64,000 bases of DNA from contig JBDHZC010000009.1 in the NCBI GenBank assembly GCA_039811685.1, positions 64,001 to 128,000 on the forward strand. The letters run 5' to 3'. A model generated the notes under the pieces. That model saw only the letters and a list, made by a program, of their open reading frames with translations. It searched no databases and was not told the origin of the DNA. Position numbers and translations under genes: made by a program. This document shows, piece by piece, positions 9,698 through 20,240 of this stretch (the first letter of the stretch is position 1; each line of letters begins with the position of its first letter). This DNA comes from Armatimonadota bacterium. Its GTDB lineage: Bacteria > Armatimonadota > UBA5829 > DSUL01.

Positions 9698-10093
9698 TCA
9701 CGACTCCCAGACAGACGTGGGTTTGGCGTCATCCAGAGAGCCGTCCGCAGGCATTGGCGTTCCCTGCTCATTGAAATGGATGGGGCGCTGGCAGAAGTCG
9801 CAATCAAACTCCGAGACCCCCACAAACACCGAGTTGGCGTTGTCACAGTAAGGACAGCGGATTTCGCGGCGCGGCGCTTTTTGCAGGTGGATCATCCAGA
9901 CAAAGACGCCAAACATCAATATCCCGCTCAGAACCATGAGTGGAACGGCCAGGAGCACCAGCGGAGCCATCAAGAACATGAGGAACCCGACGCCCATCAC
10001 CACGCCAAGCGGCTTGAGCAGTCCGTAACAACTGCGCTCAAGCTGGCGGATTGTGGCGAACTCTTTGCGCCAGATAACTGATACAGCCTTCAC
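9698..10093 (-). CDS. Small two-TM membrane protein with C-terminal zinc ribbon
   Basis: Two hydrophobic helices, CPYC...CDFC; AGGAG RBS before GTG at 10093. Confidence 0.65.
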   Translation of the reverse strand: MKAVSVIWRKEFATIRQLERSCYGLLKPLGVVMGVGFLMFLMAPLVLLAVPLMVLSGILMFGVFVWMIHLQKAPRREIRCPYCDNANSVFVGVSEFDCDFCQRPIHFNEQGTPMPADGSLDDAKPTSVWES

Positions 10094-10130
10094 ACTCTCT
10101 CCTGTCTTGCCCGCGATCTTATTGAGAAGA

Positions 10131-10159
10131 ATTCTACCCTGCGCCCGGTGGGGTGTCAA
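10131..10159 (-). promoter_or_regulatory. Sigma70 promoter TTGACA-17-TAGAAT
   Basis: Near-perfect consensus. Confidence 0.7.
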
Positions 10160-10184
10160 ACGAGCGGATAGGGAGGTGGTGAGA

Positions 10185-10316
10185 GGCGGCGGTTGAAACC
10201 GCATTGGGTTCGACGGTCACAGCCGGCGGTTGAAACAGTCGCGGAAGCGGCATCGGGTTTAGCGCAGCCGGCGGTTGAAACCGCGCCTGCGCAAACGAAG
10301 TCTGCCTTCGCAGACT
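10185..10316 (+). repeat. REP-like palindromic repeat cluster (two partial copies, one full)
   Basis: GGCGGTTGAAAC three times; the last continues CGCG...ACGAAGTCTGCCTTCGCAGACT. Confidence 0.8.
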
Positions 10317-11496
10317 AGTGCGGAGTTGTTTCCAGTATTTGTTGCAGGGTGGCGGGGTCGGTTCTGTGGCCCATTTGCACCGCCAGGACAAACTCCAGAT
10401 TGTATCCTCTCGCGGATGGGCGCTGGCTGGAAACGCGGTAGCGTTTGTACGGCCTGTGAACCCAGGAGAGGCGGCCATGTTCCGACAGCATTGTGAGCAC
10501 GCGCTCCAGTGGAATCAGGCCGTCCGTCGAATAGCTCATCAGCACCCAGCGAGCCCTCAGACGGCCCAGAAGATCCCGCAGCGCCGTCTCCGCATGCCAC
10601 CGCCGGCAGTAAGCGCTGTTGCGCAGTGTGCGCCAGTCGCGCCGTATGGCCGCTTTGTGTCCGCGCTCACCCGGCGTTACCCGCGCCGGAATGGGCGGTT
10701 TATCCCACAGAGCTACTGTGTTGAGCAGGTGGTAGTTGGCGCCGTACTGGTGCTGGTTGTAGGGTGGGTCCAGATAGGCGATGTCGCAGTCTATGTGCGC
10801 TGCGAGTGTTGCGGCGTCTTCCTGAAACACCAGATTGTGCTCAGAGTTGTCCAGCAGCACAGGCGCGCGCAGCACCAGCGGCTCTTTTATCCGGTACCAG
10901 GCCGTCTGCGTTGCGCCACCCCAGCCCCGGTGGAACCCCTTGAATACACCGGAGGTGTTGGAGCACCAGCTCGTTCCCCACACCAGCGCGGCTGTCAGCA
11001 GGTCGCTTTCGGCTGGCGTGAGTTGTCCGGTCTCGGTGAGGTCGAATACGCGCTGGCGCATGGCATCCAGACGGCGTCCGTTGGCCTGTGTGAAGAACAT
11101 GCGCTCATGATCCAGGTCCGGGCGTTCATCGTCAGCCGGGCAGTAGTGACGGGCGATGTATCCGCGCTGTCCGGGAAGACTGTTAAGATAGCCGAAGGCG
11201 GCGTCCATGCCCCCCAGGGCTGCGAAGGCAGGCGGGCGATTGAGCGAGATATAGGTATTGTTGATGCAGCGGGTGTACGGCTCCCAGTCATTGGCTATCA
11301 CCCGAAAGCCAAGGCTCTTGGCCAGGCGGCTCACAACGCCACTTCCGGAAAAAGCGTCAAAGAAAACACCTGTGCGGAGTCCCGTAAGCGCAATAGCTTC
11401 CGAGATGAGATCGCGCAGCTTGCGCTTGTTGCCAATATAGGCGATGAGTTGGTCGGTAACGTAGTCCCGCGACGCCAGGCGCCGAGCCTCCGTCAT
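10315..11496 (-). CDS. DNA adenine methyltransferase (D12/MethyltransfD12 class), orphan
   Basis: YIGNKRKL, DAFSGSGVVS and YLDPPYN; ATG overlaps the upstream TGA (ATGA). Confidence 0.88.
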   Translation of the reverse strand: MTEARRLASRDYVTDQLIAYIGNKRKLRDLISEAIALTGLRTGVFFDAFSGSGVVSRLAKSLGFRVIANDWEPYTRCINNTYISLNRPPAFAALGGMDAAFGYLNSLPGQRGYIARHYCPADDERPDLDHERMFFTQANGRRLDAMRQRVFDLTETGQLTPAESDLLTAALVWGTSWCSNTSGVFKGFHRGWGGATQTAWYRIKEPLVLRAPVLLDNSEHNLVFQEDAATLAAHIDCDIAYLDPPYNQHQYGANYHLLNTVALWDKPPIPARVTPGERGHKAAIRRDWRTLRNSAYCRRWHAETALRDLLGRLRARWVLMSYSTDGLIPLERVLTMLSEHGRLSWVHRPYKRYRVSSQRPSARGYNLEFVLAVQMGHRTDPATLQQILETTPH

Positions 11497-12671
11497 TTGC
11501 GGGCCGCTTTGAGAACCGGAGACCATGTGGCGGAGGAGTTTGATCCCTGACCCCTGGTGAGGTTGAGCGTCTTGCCGGTCTTCATGTCGTAGCGCCATAG
11601 ATCGCCGCCAGACTCATACAGCATCCATTTTCCATCCGGGCTGAAGAGCGGGCGGTGAGCGTCTCCCTTAACAAGTTGACGCAGCGTGCCGGAGCCGTCC
11701 GCAGCGACCAGCCATATCCCCTCTGGAGTCTGCGTGAGGTCGGAGGCCAGCCTGATGCGCTCAAAGCCGATACTCGCTGCGTCAGCGGTGAAGGCGGGAT
11801 TGCGGAATCCGTCAGTCTTTGGCGACACGCTTATCAGCGCTCTGGCAGGCGCTTCAAAAGGAATGGGACCCTGCTCACTCTGCTGGGGATCGGGTTGGTA
11901 GATCGCCAGAAAGGAAGGACTCTGGTCTCCGATGCTTGCGACCGCCAGCGTGGAGCCGTCGGGCGACCAGCCGTACGTGCACTCGTTCACCAGCATTGGC
12001 GCGTTGGCGACATCCAGCAGAGTGCGCGTGACTGTCTGGTCGCCCAGTGAAAGGTAAGCCCGCTCTCCGATGAACAGATCGTCCTTCGCGCCGGAGCCCT
12101 GAGATGTTGCGGCGATCCAGCCGGTTTCAGGCGCAAAGACAGCGTTGGAATAGCGGCGCAGCGACGGTACGTCTGCTTCGTTGATCTGAATGGCTTCATC
12201 CGCGTGCGACGGGAGGACTTTTTCCAGACCCTTGCCATCGAACCCGCACGCAAAGACGTGGGAATTGCTGATGTAGCCGATGACGCCGGCTCCTGCGGAG
12301 ATATTTGACTGAGGCCCCTGCACGCTCAGCAGGCGACCGGAAGCGCGGCCGTCCGGGCGAACGCGCCCGAGCTGGTTGGTGTCTTTGGCATATTGAGCGG
12401 TGTAAAACACCCATTCTCCGCTGGCAGCGATTGCTGTTTCGCGGATTTCTCCTGGTTGGCCGACAACCTCTTTTGCTCCAGAGCCGTCAGCGTTCATACT
12501 CCACACCGCCGGTCCGGAGCCCCGGTCGCTGACGAAGAATATCTCGCCGGGCCGGGCAACTGAGTGTGTCCAGCCGCCCGCGGCCAGCCAGTTGGCCACC
12601 CAGATGAAGCCTACAACCAGCACAAAGGCAATCAGAATAAAAACGGCAAGGCTGCGTCGCTCTCTACTCAC
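11493..12671 (-). CDS. TolB-like PD40 beta-propeller protein with N-terminal membrane anchor
   Basis: FVSDR, MNADGSG, WSPDGS and FSPDGKW repeats. Confidence 0.8.
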   Translation of the reverse strand: MSRERRSLAVFILIAFVLVVGFIWVANWLAAGGWTHSVARPGEIFFVSDRGSGPAVWSMNADGSGAKEVVGQPGEIRETAIAASGEWVFYTAQYAKDTNQLGRVRPDGRASGRLLSVQGPQSNISAGAGVIGYISNSHVFACGFDGKGLEKVLPSHADEAIQINEADVPSLRRYSNAVFAPETGWIAATSQGSGAKDDLFIGERAYLSLGDQTVTRTLLDVANAPMLVNECTYGWSPDGSTLAVASIGDQSPSFLAIYQPDPQQSEQGPIPFEAPARALISVSPKTDGFRNPAFTADAASIGFERIRLASDLTQTPEGIWLVAADGSGTLRQLVKGDAHRPLFSPDGKWMLYESGGDLWRYDMKTGKTLNLTRGQGSNSSATWSPVLKAARK

Positions 12672-12686
12672 GTCACTTTCTCCGGA

Positions 12687-14294
12687 TTACGCTCGCGATT
12701 CCCTCAGCACACTCCCGCTCTGGACACCGGTGATTTTGTAGTCTCTCAGCGCAAACTCCCCGTTGACCAGCACGTGCTCAATACCCGCAGAGAGCTGATG
12801 AGGCTCAACGAACGTTGCCGTATCCTGCACGGAGACGGGGTCAAAGACGACGATGTCCGCTTTGCATCCGGCCTGCAGGCGTCCTCTGTTCTTTATTCCC
12901 AGACGGTCTGTAGCAAGAGAAGTCATCTTCTGAATCGCCAGCTCCAGCGGGATCACGCCCCGGTCGCGGACGTAGTGGGAGAGGATGCGCGGAAACGTCC
13001 CAAACGCGCGCGGGTGCGGCCTTCCCTTGCTCATCGGTCCACTGCAGGCGCGCGCAGTTGCGTCTGAACCAAACAGCGTGTATGGCGTGCGCATGACAGC
13101 TTCCACGTCCGTTTCCGACAGACAGAAGTGAACCATCCCGATTTCGAAATCCTCTTCAAGCAGGAAATCCAGCAGCGCGGGCACAGGCTCTTTGCCGAGC
13201 TTAGCGGCAATCTGCGCCATATTCAGCCCTTCCGTCCAGCGGTTTTGCTCTGTGCGCACTGAAGAGATGACGATGCTCTCCATCCCACCGGCATCATACT
13301 GATACCCGCCAGGCTCAAAGTCTCGCGTCACCTCCGCTTCAATCTGCGCCCGGGTCTCAGGGTCCGTCAGGCGCGCGCGCATAGCCTGTGCCCCTCCGGA
13401 GTGCGCCCAGGCGGGAATGGCCGTATCCAGTCCTGTGCTGGTGGCAATGTAAGGGTACTGATCCGCCGTCACATCTACTCCGCGAAAACGGGCCTGCTCG
13501 ATCAGTTCAAGCGCGCAAATGGCGTCTCCGTGGTTGGATTTCCCACAGGCTTTCAGGTGAGAAATCTGGACTTTTGCGCCGGATTTTTCTCCGATTTCGA
13601 TGGCTTCGCGAACGCTGTTCAACAGATCATCAGCTTCGCTTCGCATGTGAGTGGCGTAAATGCCCCCGCGAGCGGCCACCGGCTGACACAGCGCGACGAG
13701 CTCCTCAGTGGAGGCGTAGCAGCTCGGAGGGTAGATCAGGCCAGTTGAAAGACCGATCGCGCCCTCATCCATCGCCCGCGCAACGACGGACTGCATTTCG
13801 CTGATTTCTGAGGGTGTGGCGGGTCTGTCCTCTTCACCGACCACCTGACGGCGCACATTGCCGTGTCCGAGAAGCGTGCAGAAGTTGACACTCGATCCGC
13901 GCTCTTCCAGCACGTCCAGCATCTCGCCCATTTCCGTCCAATTGAGATCAATCCCCATCCGCTTCCAGGCGTCCTGCGCGCGCCGCCGGGCTTCGGGCCC
14001 GCCGATCGGAGCGTCTGAGGCTCCGCAGTTGCCATTGACCTCCAGCGTCATCCCCTGAGAGATTTTGCTCTCGCAGGTCGGGTTAACCAGCAGCGTCATG
14101 TCTGTGTGGGCGTGAAAATCCACAAAGCCGGGACAGACAACTTTGCCAGAGACATCCAGCAATTCAGCGCCGTCGCGCGGCCCTTCGTCCACCCAGGCTA
14201 TATCCTGTCCGGATAAGCGCACGTCTCCTCTGCGTCCTGCGCTACCGGTACCGTCCACAATCGTCCCACCCGTCAGAATTATGTCCTTGTGCAT
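12687..14294 (-). CDS. N-acyl-D-amino-acid deacylase (amidohydrolase)
   Basis: PGFVDFHAHTD, GNCG, GLSTGLIY, HMRSE, SHLK and HPRAFGTFPR. Confidence 0.9.
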   Translation of the reverse strand: MHKDIILTGGTIVDGTGSAGRRGDVRLSGQDIAWVDEGPRDGAELLDVSGKVVCPGFVDFHAHTDMTLLVNPTCESKISQGMTLEVNGNCGASDAPIGGPEARRRAQDAWKRMGIDLNWTEMGEMLDVLEERGSSVNFCTLLGHGNVRRQVVGEEDRPATPSEISEMQSVVARAMDEGAIGLSTGLIYPPSCYASTEELVALCQPVAARGGIYATHMRSEADDLLNSVREAIEIGEKSGAKVQISHLKACGKSNHGDAICALELIEQARFRGVDVTADQYPYIATSTGLDTAIPAWAHSGGAQAMRARLTDPETRAQIEAEVTRDFEPGGYQYDAGGMESIVISSVRTEQNRWTEGLNMAQIAAKLGKEPVPALLDFLLEEDFEIGMVHFCLSETDVEAVMRTPYTLFGSDATARACSGPMSKGRPHPRAFGTFPRILSHYVRDRGVIPLELAIQKMTSLATDRLGIKNRGRLQAGCKADIVVFDPVSVQDTATFVEPHQLSAGIEHVLVNGEFALRDYKITGVQSGSVLRESRA

Positions 14295-14333
14295 CTCGAC
14301 AGAGGTTTATCCGCGCGTGACCGGCTTTCCTTT

Positions 14334-14423
14334 ACGGCCACTGTGGCCGACACGGCCGCTCTGGCCAACACGGCCACTCTGGCCGACACGGCCGCTCTGG
14401 CCAACACGGCCACTCTGGCCAAA
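14334..14423. repeat. 18-bp tandem repeat, 5 copies (ACGGCCRCTSTGGCCRAC)
   Basis: Directly visible between divergent genes. Confidence 0.9.
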
Positions 14424-14488
14424 GCATCCAGTCGTCCGCTATGCTTCCACAGGCGCAGCTTGACAGGGCGGCCCGCAGGGAGATTTGT

Positions 14489-14902
14489 ATGAAAGCGTAC
14501 ACAGACTATCTCTGGTTCAACACGGAAAAGCAGAAGGAGTTTGTCAACATCACATCAGACTGTGAGCGGATACTGAGAGAGTCCGGCATCCGTGACGGGA
14601 TGATGCTGGTTTCGGCGATGCACATCACCGCCGGAATCTGGGTAAACGACAACGAGTCTGGAATTCTCGCGGACGCGATGGAGTTTCTGGAGCGTCTGGC
14701 TCCGTTTGACAGGGGCTATCGCCATCATCGCACGGGTGAGACCAATGGTGATGCGCACCTGAAGAATCTTCTGACGCACCATCAGGCGATTATTCCCGTC
14801 ACTGCCGGAACACTGGACCTTGGCCCGTGGCAGACGATCTTTTATGCGGAGTTTGACGGTCAGCGCCGCAAGCGGGTAGTCGTCAAGGTGATGGGAGAGT
14901 AG
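14489..14902 (+). CDS. yjbQ: YjbQ/UPF0047 family protein
   Basis: HITAG, NGDAHLK and LGPWQTIFYAEFDG. Confidence 0.9.
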   Translation: MKAYTDYLWFNTEKQKEFVNITSDCERILRESGIRDGMMLVSAMHITAGIWVNDNESGILADAMEFLERLAPFDRGYRHHRTGETNGDAHLKNLLTHHQAIIPVTAGTLDLGPWQTIFYAEFDGQRRKRVVVKVMGE

Positions 14903-15092
14903 CCTGACGTCTCAGGTGCGCTGTTGACGGGCTTCGAAGCGCGAGGTAGCGACGTCGAGCTTGTCGTGCCTGGCGCGAGCTCCGTGGCAGGTCTTCGGGC
15001 AGGAACAACAACGGCGCGGCGCGCTTGCGCCGGGTGAGGGCATCGGGTATTGTGCGTGTGACTTTCAGGAACTATGCAAAGGAGTAGCTAAA

Positions 15093-16928
15093 ATGGCTCT
15101 GCGTCCGCTCATCCCCCGCGAGATTCTCTTCGGCAATCCCGAGCGTATGAATGTGCGCCTGTCGCCGGACGGCTCGAAGATCGGGTACATCGCGCCCCAT
15201 GAGGGTGTGCTTAACGTCTGGGTGCGCTCGCTGGAAGGCGGCGACGACCGGCCGGTCACCTTTGACAAACACCGCGGCATTCACGCGTTTTTCTGGGCGT
15301 TCGACGGGGAGCGGCTCTGCTACATTCAGGATAAGGACGGCGACGAAAACTGGCATGTTTACGCTGTCAATATCCAGTCAATGGAGGCGCTGGATCTCAC
15401 GCCTTTTGAGAACGTACAGGCGCATATCATCTCTGTCCGGCCGGAACATCCGGACCGCATTCTCGTAGGGCTGAACAAGGAGGAGCCACAGCTTCACGAC
15501 GTGTACAGCGTCAACATCCGCACCGGTGAGTGTGAGCTGCAGGTGGAAAACACCGGCGACATCCTCGGCTGGGACGCGGACTGGCACATGCAGGTGCGGG
15601 GCGCGAGCGCGCAGACGGGAGACGGCGGGACGGACCTGCGTCTGTATCACGCTGATTCCGGCGAGTGGGAGACACTGCTGCATGCGCCCTTTGGCGAAAT
15701 GATAGGCGCGGTGGCTGTGACGCCGGATGGCGACGGCTTCTACATTATGAGCACGCTGGAATCCAACACCATGCGCATTCTGACTCTGGATTTCAGCACG
15801 AAAGAACAGCGCGTTATCGCCGAGCGCCCGGATGTGGATGTGGACGGTAGCGCGGTTATCCACCCCACCAGGCACCATCTCCAGGCTGTGTCCTTCACAC
15901 GCGCGCGGCAGGAGTGGATGTATCTGGATCCAGAGTTTGAGGCCAGCTTCAAAGAAGCGGCGCGGCTGCATCATGGAGATGCGGATCTCGTCAGCCGGGA
16001 CATTGAAGACCGCGTCTGGATTGTGGCGTTTTCTTCTGATACAGACCCGGTACGCTACTACATCTTCAACCGGCAGAGCGGCGAAGCGCGCTATCTGTTC
16101 AGTCAGAACTCCCGCCTGGAAGAGGCTCCTCTCACGCCGATGCAGCCTGTGGACATTGCCACCCGTGACGGTTTGACGATGGTGTGCTACCTGAGTCTGC
16201 CGCCCGGAGTGGAGCCGAAGAATCTCCCGCTGGTGCTCAACGTCCACGGCGGCCCGTGGGCGCGCGATGAGTGGGGTCTCAACTCGGAGGTTCAGTGGCT
16301 GGCGAATCGCGGCTATGCGGTTCTGCAGGTGAACTACCGCGGGTCAACGGGCTTCGGTAAAGACTTTGTGAACGCCTCCAACAAGGAATGGGGCGGCAAG
16401 ATGCACGAGGATCTGATTGACGCGGTGAACTGGGCGATTGAAAAGGGCTATGCAGACCCCGAGAAAGTCGCCATCTTCGGCTGGTCCTACGGCGGCTATG
16501 CGGCGCTGGTTGGCATGACGTTTACGCCGGAAGTCTTTGCCGCTGGAGTCGCCGGCGTTGGCATCAGCAATCTAATCTCCTGGTATCATACGATTCCTCC
16601 CTACTGGGAGCCTTACCGGGAACAGCTCAATTTGAGGGTGGGCAATGCGGACACGGAGGAGGAGTTTATGCGCTCGCGTTCGCCTCTGTTCAGGGTTGAT
16701 CAGATCAGAAATCCACTGCTGATAGCGCAGGGCGCCAACGACCCGCGAGTGCCGCGCGCAGAGGCGGACCAGATGGTGGAAGCGCTGCGCGCGCGGGGGA
16801 TTGCCGTGGAGTACCTCCTGTTTGAAGACGAAGGGCACGGATTTGCGCGCCCTGAGAACCGGCTGACATTTTACGCCTCGGCTGAGAACTTCCTGTCCAG
16901 AGTGCTCGGCGGGCGTGTGGAGGCCTAG
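15093..16928 (+). CDS. S9 family peptidase
   Basis: HGGPW, GWSYGG nucleophile, DPRV and DEGHG. Confidence 0.92.
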   Translation: MALRPLIPREILFGNPERMNVRLSPDGSKIGYIAPHEGVLNVWVRSLEGGDDRPVTFDKHRGIHAFFWAFDGERLCYIQDKDGDENWHVYAVNIQSMEALDLTPFENVQAHIISVRPEHPDRILVGLNKEEPQLHDVYSVNIRTGECELQVENTGDILGWDADWHMQVRGASAQTGDGGTDLRLYHADSGEWETLLHAPFGEMIGAVAVTPDGDGFYIMSTLESNTMRILTLDFSTKEQRVIAERPDVDVDGSAVIHPTRHHLQAVSFTRARQEWMYLDPEFEASFKEAARLHHGDADLVSRDIEDRVWIVAFSSDTDPVRYYIFNRQSGEARYLFSQNSRLEEAPLTPMQPVDIATRDGLTMVCYLSLPPGVEPKNLPLVLNVHGGPWARDEWGLNSEVQWLANRGYAVLQVNYRGSTGFGKDFVNASNKEWGGKMHEDLIDAVNWAIEKGYADPEKVAIFGWSYGGYAALVGMTFTPEVFAAGVAGVGISNLISWYHTIPPYWEPYREQLNLRVGNADTEEEFMRSRSPLFRVDQIRNPLLIAQGANDPRVPRAEADQMVEALRARGIAVEYLLFEDEGHGFARPENRLTFYASAENFLSRVLGGRVEA

Positions 16929-17026
16929 TCTCCCACGTCACTCACCAGCGAGATGTGAGCGGATCTGATCGTGGCGGTTGCTGTGGCGGTCTATTGCGGA
17001 TTGTACGGGAGACAGCGTCTGAACAA

Positions 17027-17518
17027 GTGCTGAGACATCAGTTCTGGGAGATTATTGAGCGCAGCAGAAGCAGCTATGCGGACTGTGCGGATCATGCGCG
17101 AAAGCTGAGCATCCTGCTGGAGGCGCTGAATCCGGAGGAGATCATCTCCTTTGACGCGCAACTGCGAGAGCTGCTGGTGCGGGCCTTCCGCTGGGATGTG
17201 TGGGGAGCGGCTTACATAGTGCTGGGCGGGTGCTCGGATGAGGAGTTTGAGTCTTTCAGGCTGTGGCTGATTGGTCAGGGTGAGGATGCTTTTGAGCAGG
17301 TTATCGCCGAACCCGAGGCCGTGCTGGAGTATCTGGCTGAAGAGGAACCTCCGCAGTGTGAAGAGCTGCTCTATGCGGCTTCCTGGGCCTATGAAAACCA
17401 GACAGGCCGCCCTCTGCCGATCCCCGAAGTGAGCCACCCGCTGGAGCCGGAAGGAGAGCCGTGGGACGAGGAGGACCTGCGTACGATGTTTCCTGATCTC
17501 TATGAAGCCTGCCGCTGA
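17027..17518 (+). CDS. DUF4240 domain protein (start uncertain)
   Basis: FWEIIE, WGAAYIVLGGCSDEEFESFRLWLIGQG. Confidence 0.8.
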   Translation: MLRHQFWEIIERSRSSYADCADHARKLSILLEALNPEEIISFDAQLRELLVRAFRWDVWGAAYIVLGGCSDEEFESFRLWLIGQGEDAFEQVIAEPEAVLEYLAEEEPPQCEELLYAASWAYENQTGRPLPIPEVSHPLEPEGEPWDEEDLRTMFPDLYEACR

Positions 17519-17640
17519 GAACACTCTCCGGCTGGACGGATTTCATCCGGGTACAGGCAGGGAAGCGCGGGGATTTGCCGAACCCATACGCTGTTTGTGT
17601 AAGTCATGCGAACAGCACATTTGCGTAAGGATTACTAACC

Positions 17641-18372
17641 ATGGGCGATATTCGAGTAACAGTCTGGCACGAGTTCCGGCACGAAAAAGACGGGCAGCAC
17701 CCTTCCGGCAAGATTTACCCGGAAGGCATGCATAAACCTATCGCGGACTATCTGAACGCGCAACCGGGCCTGAGCGCGCGCACGGCCACTCTGGATGAAC
17801 CGGAGCACGGTCTTACCGAAGAGGCGCTGGCCAACACCGACGTCCTGACGTGGTGGGGGCACATGGCTCACGGTGACGTGCGGGACGACATCGCCGAGCG
17901 CGTTGTGCAGCGGGTCTGGCAGGGGATGGGGCTGATTGTTCTGCATTCGGCGCACTTCTCCAAAGTCTTCAAGCGTCTGATGGGCGCTTCATGCGACTTG
18001 AAGTGGCGGGAAGCCGATGAAAAGGAGCGCATCTGGGTTGTGGAACCCGGACACCCTATCGCCAACGGTCTGCCTCACTATTTCGAGCTTGAAAAGGAGG
18101 AGATGTACGGCGAGCGCTTCGACATTCCACAGCCTGATGAGCTGGTGTTTATCTCGTGGTTTGAGGGCGGCGAGGTCTTCCGGTCCGGCTGCTGCTGGAC
18201 GCGGCAGAAGGGGCGCATCTTCTACTTCCGGCCCGGGCATGAGTCTTATCCCACCTATTACAATGAGACCATTTTGAAGGTTATCGCCAACGGCGTACGC
18301 TGGGCTGCGCCGCAGGAAGGCGCAGAGCAGGTGTACGGGCACTGTGAGCCGCTGGAGCAGATAGGCAGATAG
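17641..18372 (+). CDS. thuA: ThuA trehalose-utilisation family protein
   Basis: [17 protein letters not shown] and YFRPGHE. Confidence 0.9.
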   Translation: MGDIRVTVWHEFRHEKDGQHPSGKIYPEGMHKPIADYLNAQPGLSARTATLDEPEHGLTEEALANTDVLTWWGHMAHGDVRDDIAERVVQRVWQGMGLIVLHSAHFSKVFKRLMGASCDLKWREADEKERIWVVEPGHPIANGLPHYFELEKEEMYGERFDIPQPDELVFISWFEGGEVFRSGCCWTRQKGRIFYFRPGHESYPTYYNETILKVIANGVRWAAPQEGAEQVYGHCEPLEQIGR

Positions 18373-18397
18373 GGAGCAGGGAAGGGGAGAGGCGGAG

Positions 18398-18964
18398 TTG
18401 ATGCTGGATCCGAAAATTGATTCGTTCCTGAAGGAGCTGGAGGGCTTTGCCCGTGAGAATGACCGGATGTGGAACATCCCGCCGGAGACCGGACGATTCC
18501 TGCACATGCTCGTGCGGGCGACCAACGCCCAGAGCGCTCTTGAAGTCGGGATGTCCAACGGCTATTCGGGTATCTGGATAGCTTCGGCGCTGCGCAGCAC
18601 TGGCGGTCACCTGACCACGCTGGAAGCTGACCCGTGGAAAGTGGAGCTTGCGACAGAGAACTTCGCAAAGGCGGGTTTGCAGGACATCATCACGATCGTG
18701 GAGGGCGATGCGCGGGAGAATCTCGGCAGTCTCGAGGGCGTCTTTGATTTTGCGTTTGTCGATGCGACGAAAGATCAGTACCTCACCTACCTCAAGCTCA
18801 TAGAGCCGAAGATGGCGCCCAATTCCCTGATTTTCGCCGACAACGCTATCAGCCACGGCGCCAGTATGCAGGACTACTTTGATCACATCCAGAGCTCAAG
18901 CGGCCTGGAAGGTGTCATGGTTCCCATCGGCACAGGCGTCATGATGGCGCTGAAAGACGCGTGA
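18398..18964 (+). CDS. O-methyltransferase (Methyltransf_3)
   Basis: LEVGMSNGYS, FDFAFVDATK and ADN. Confidence 0.88.
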   Translation: MMLDPKIDSFLKELEGFARENDRMWNIPPETGRFLHMLVRATNAQSALEVGMSNGYSGIWIASALRSTGGHLTTLEADPWKVELATENFAKAGLQDIITIVEGDARENLGSLEGVFDFAFVDATKDQYLTYLKLIEPKMAPNSLIFADNAISHGASMQDYFDHIQSSSGLEGVMVPIGTGVMMALKDA

Positions 18965-20136
18965 GCCCGGCGAGAGTGCCGGAGGTCTGCGGAATCATCG
19001 TGGCTGCGGGGCAGTCATCGCGCTTTGGCGGGCGTGCGAAAGTGCTGGCGGCTCTTCTGGGACATCCGGTGCTGGAGTGGTCTATCCGGGCGCATGCCGC
19101 CTGCGAGGCGGTCCGGCAGATAGTTGTCGTAGGGCAGCGTGAGCATCGCGCCGAGATCGAGCTGATGCTTCAGGAGTGCGGCGCAGGCGGCAAGGCTTCG
19201 GTCTTTGCTGAAGGCGGCGCAGACCGGCAGGCATCTGTGCGCAGCGGACTGGCACACGCGCGCGGAGATCTGGATCTGATTTCAATTCATGACGGGGCCC
19301 GCCCGGGTGTAAGCGCGTCTTTGATTGAACAGGTAGCGGCGCAGGCAGAGGTGAGCGGCGCGGCTGTGGCGGCCCAGAGGGTGCACGATACGGTGAAGCG
19401 GTGCACGACCGACGGGGTGGTGGAGGAGACGCTGGATCGGTCGCGGCTGTGGCGCATTGCGACACCTCAGATTTTCCGCCGGGAGCTGATTGTCCGGGCG
19501 CATGAGGATTCCTCTGAGGCGGCAACCGACGATGCGGCTCTAGTGGAGCGCAGCGGGCACAGAGTCAGTGTAGTGGAAGCGGATGAGCGGATTGGAAAGA
19601 TTACGACGGCTCTGGATCTGCGCGCGCTGGAAGGGATGCTGGGAGGCGAGAGCATGCGCGTTGGCTTTGGTTACGATATTCACAGGACTGATCCGTCACG
19701 CTCGCTTTTTCTCGGAGGTGTGCATTTTCCAGAAGGGCCCGGCCTCAGCGGGCACTCAGATGCGGACGTGGTGTGTCATGCGGTGGCGGATGGGCTTCTG
19801 GGCGCCGCAGCGCTGGGTGATATCGGACGCCACTTTCCCAACACAGACCCGCGCTATGCCGGTATTTCCAGTCTGGAGCTGCTCAGGGAGGTTGCCGCCA
19901 GACTGAGAGAGGCTGGAGCTCGAGTCATAAACGTGGACGCGGTGCTGATTGCGGAGCGGCCAAAAATAGCGGACAGGGTGGATGAAATGCGCGCGCGCAT
20001 GGGGCAGGCGCTTGGAGTGGACGTTGAGAGGATCAGCGTCAAGGCGACAACGGCGGAGAAGACAGGGCCGGCCGGGCGCGGAGAGTGTATGGAGGCGCAT
20101 GCGGTAGCTCAGATTGCATTGTGTTCCGCGCGGTGA
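18961..20136 (+). CDS. ispDF: Bifunctional IspD/IspF
   Basis: AAGQSSRFG, IHDGARP, then RVGFGYDIH and GHSDADV. Confidence 0.92.
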   Translation: MSPARVPEVCGIIVAAGQSSRFGGRAKVLAALLGHPVLEWSIRAHAACEAVRQIVVVGQREHRAEIELMLQECGAGGKASVFAEGGADRQASVRSGLAHARGDLDLISIHDGARPGVSASLIEQVAAQAEVSGAAVAAQRVHDTVKRCTTDGVVEETLDRSRLWRIATPQIFRRELIVRAHEDSSEAATDDAALVERSGHRVSVVEADERIGKITTALDLRALEGMLGGESMRVGFGYDIHRTDPSRSLFLGGVHFPEGPGLSGHSDADVVCHAVADGLLGAAALGDIGRHFPNTDPRYAGISSLELLREVAARLREAGARVINVDAVLIAERPKIADRVDEMRARMGQALGVDVERISVKATTAEKTGPAGRGECMEAHAVAQIALCSAR

Positions 20137-20172
20137 GCCTGCCTGTGCCTCAGTGCGAGGGGGTGGGTTCGT

Positions 20173-20201
20173 TTGACAGCCACCCGGCTATTTGGTACAC
20201 T
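20173..20201 (+). promoter_or_regulatory. Sigma70 promoter TTGACA-17-TACACT
   Basis: Consensus -35 with extended -10 TG. Confidence 0.65.
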
Positions 20202-20240
20202 TTGAGGCGAAGAGAACAGATGGGAGAAACTGCCCGGTCA

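Noticed and set aside
10318..11550. 410-aa plus-strand ORF as a restriction endonuclease partner
   Set aside because: Antisense shadow of the methyltransferase with no recognisable motifs
14334..14423. CRISPR array
   Set aside because: Contiguous 18-bp units with no spacers
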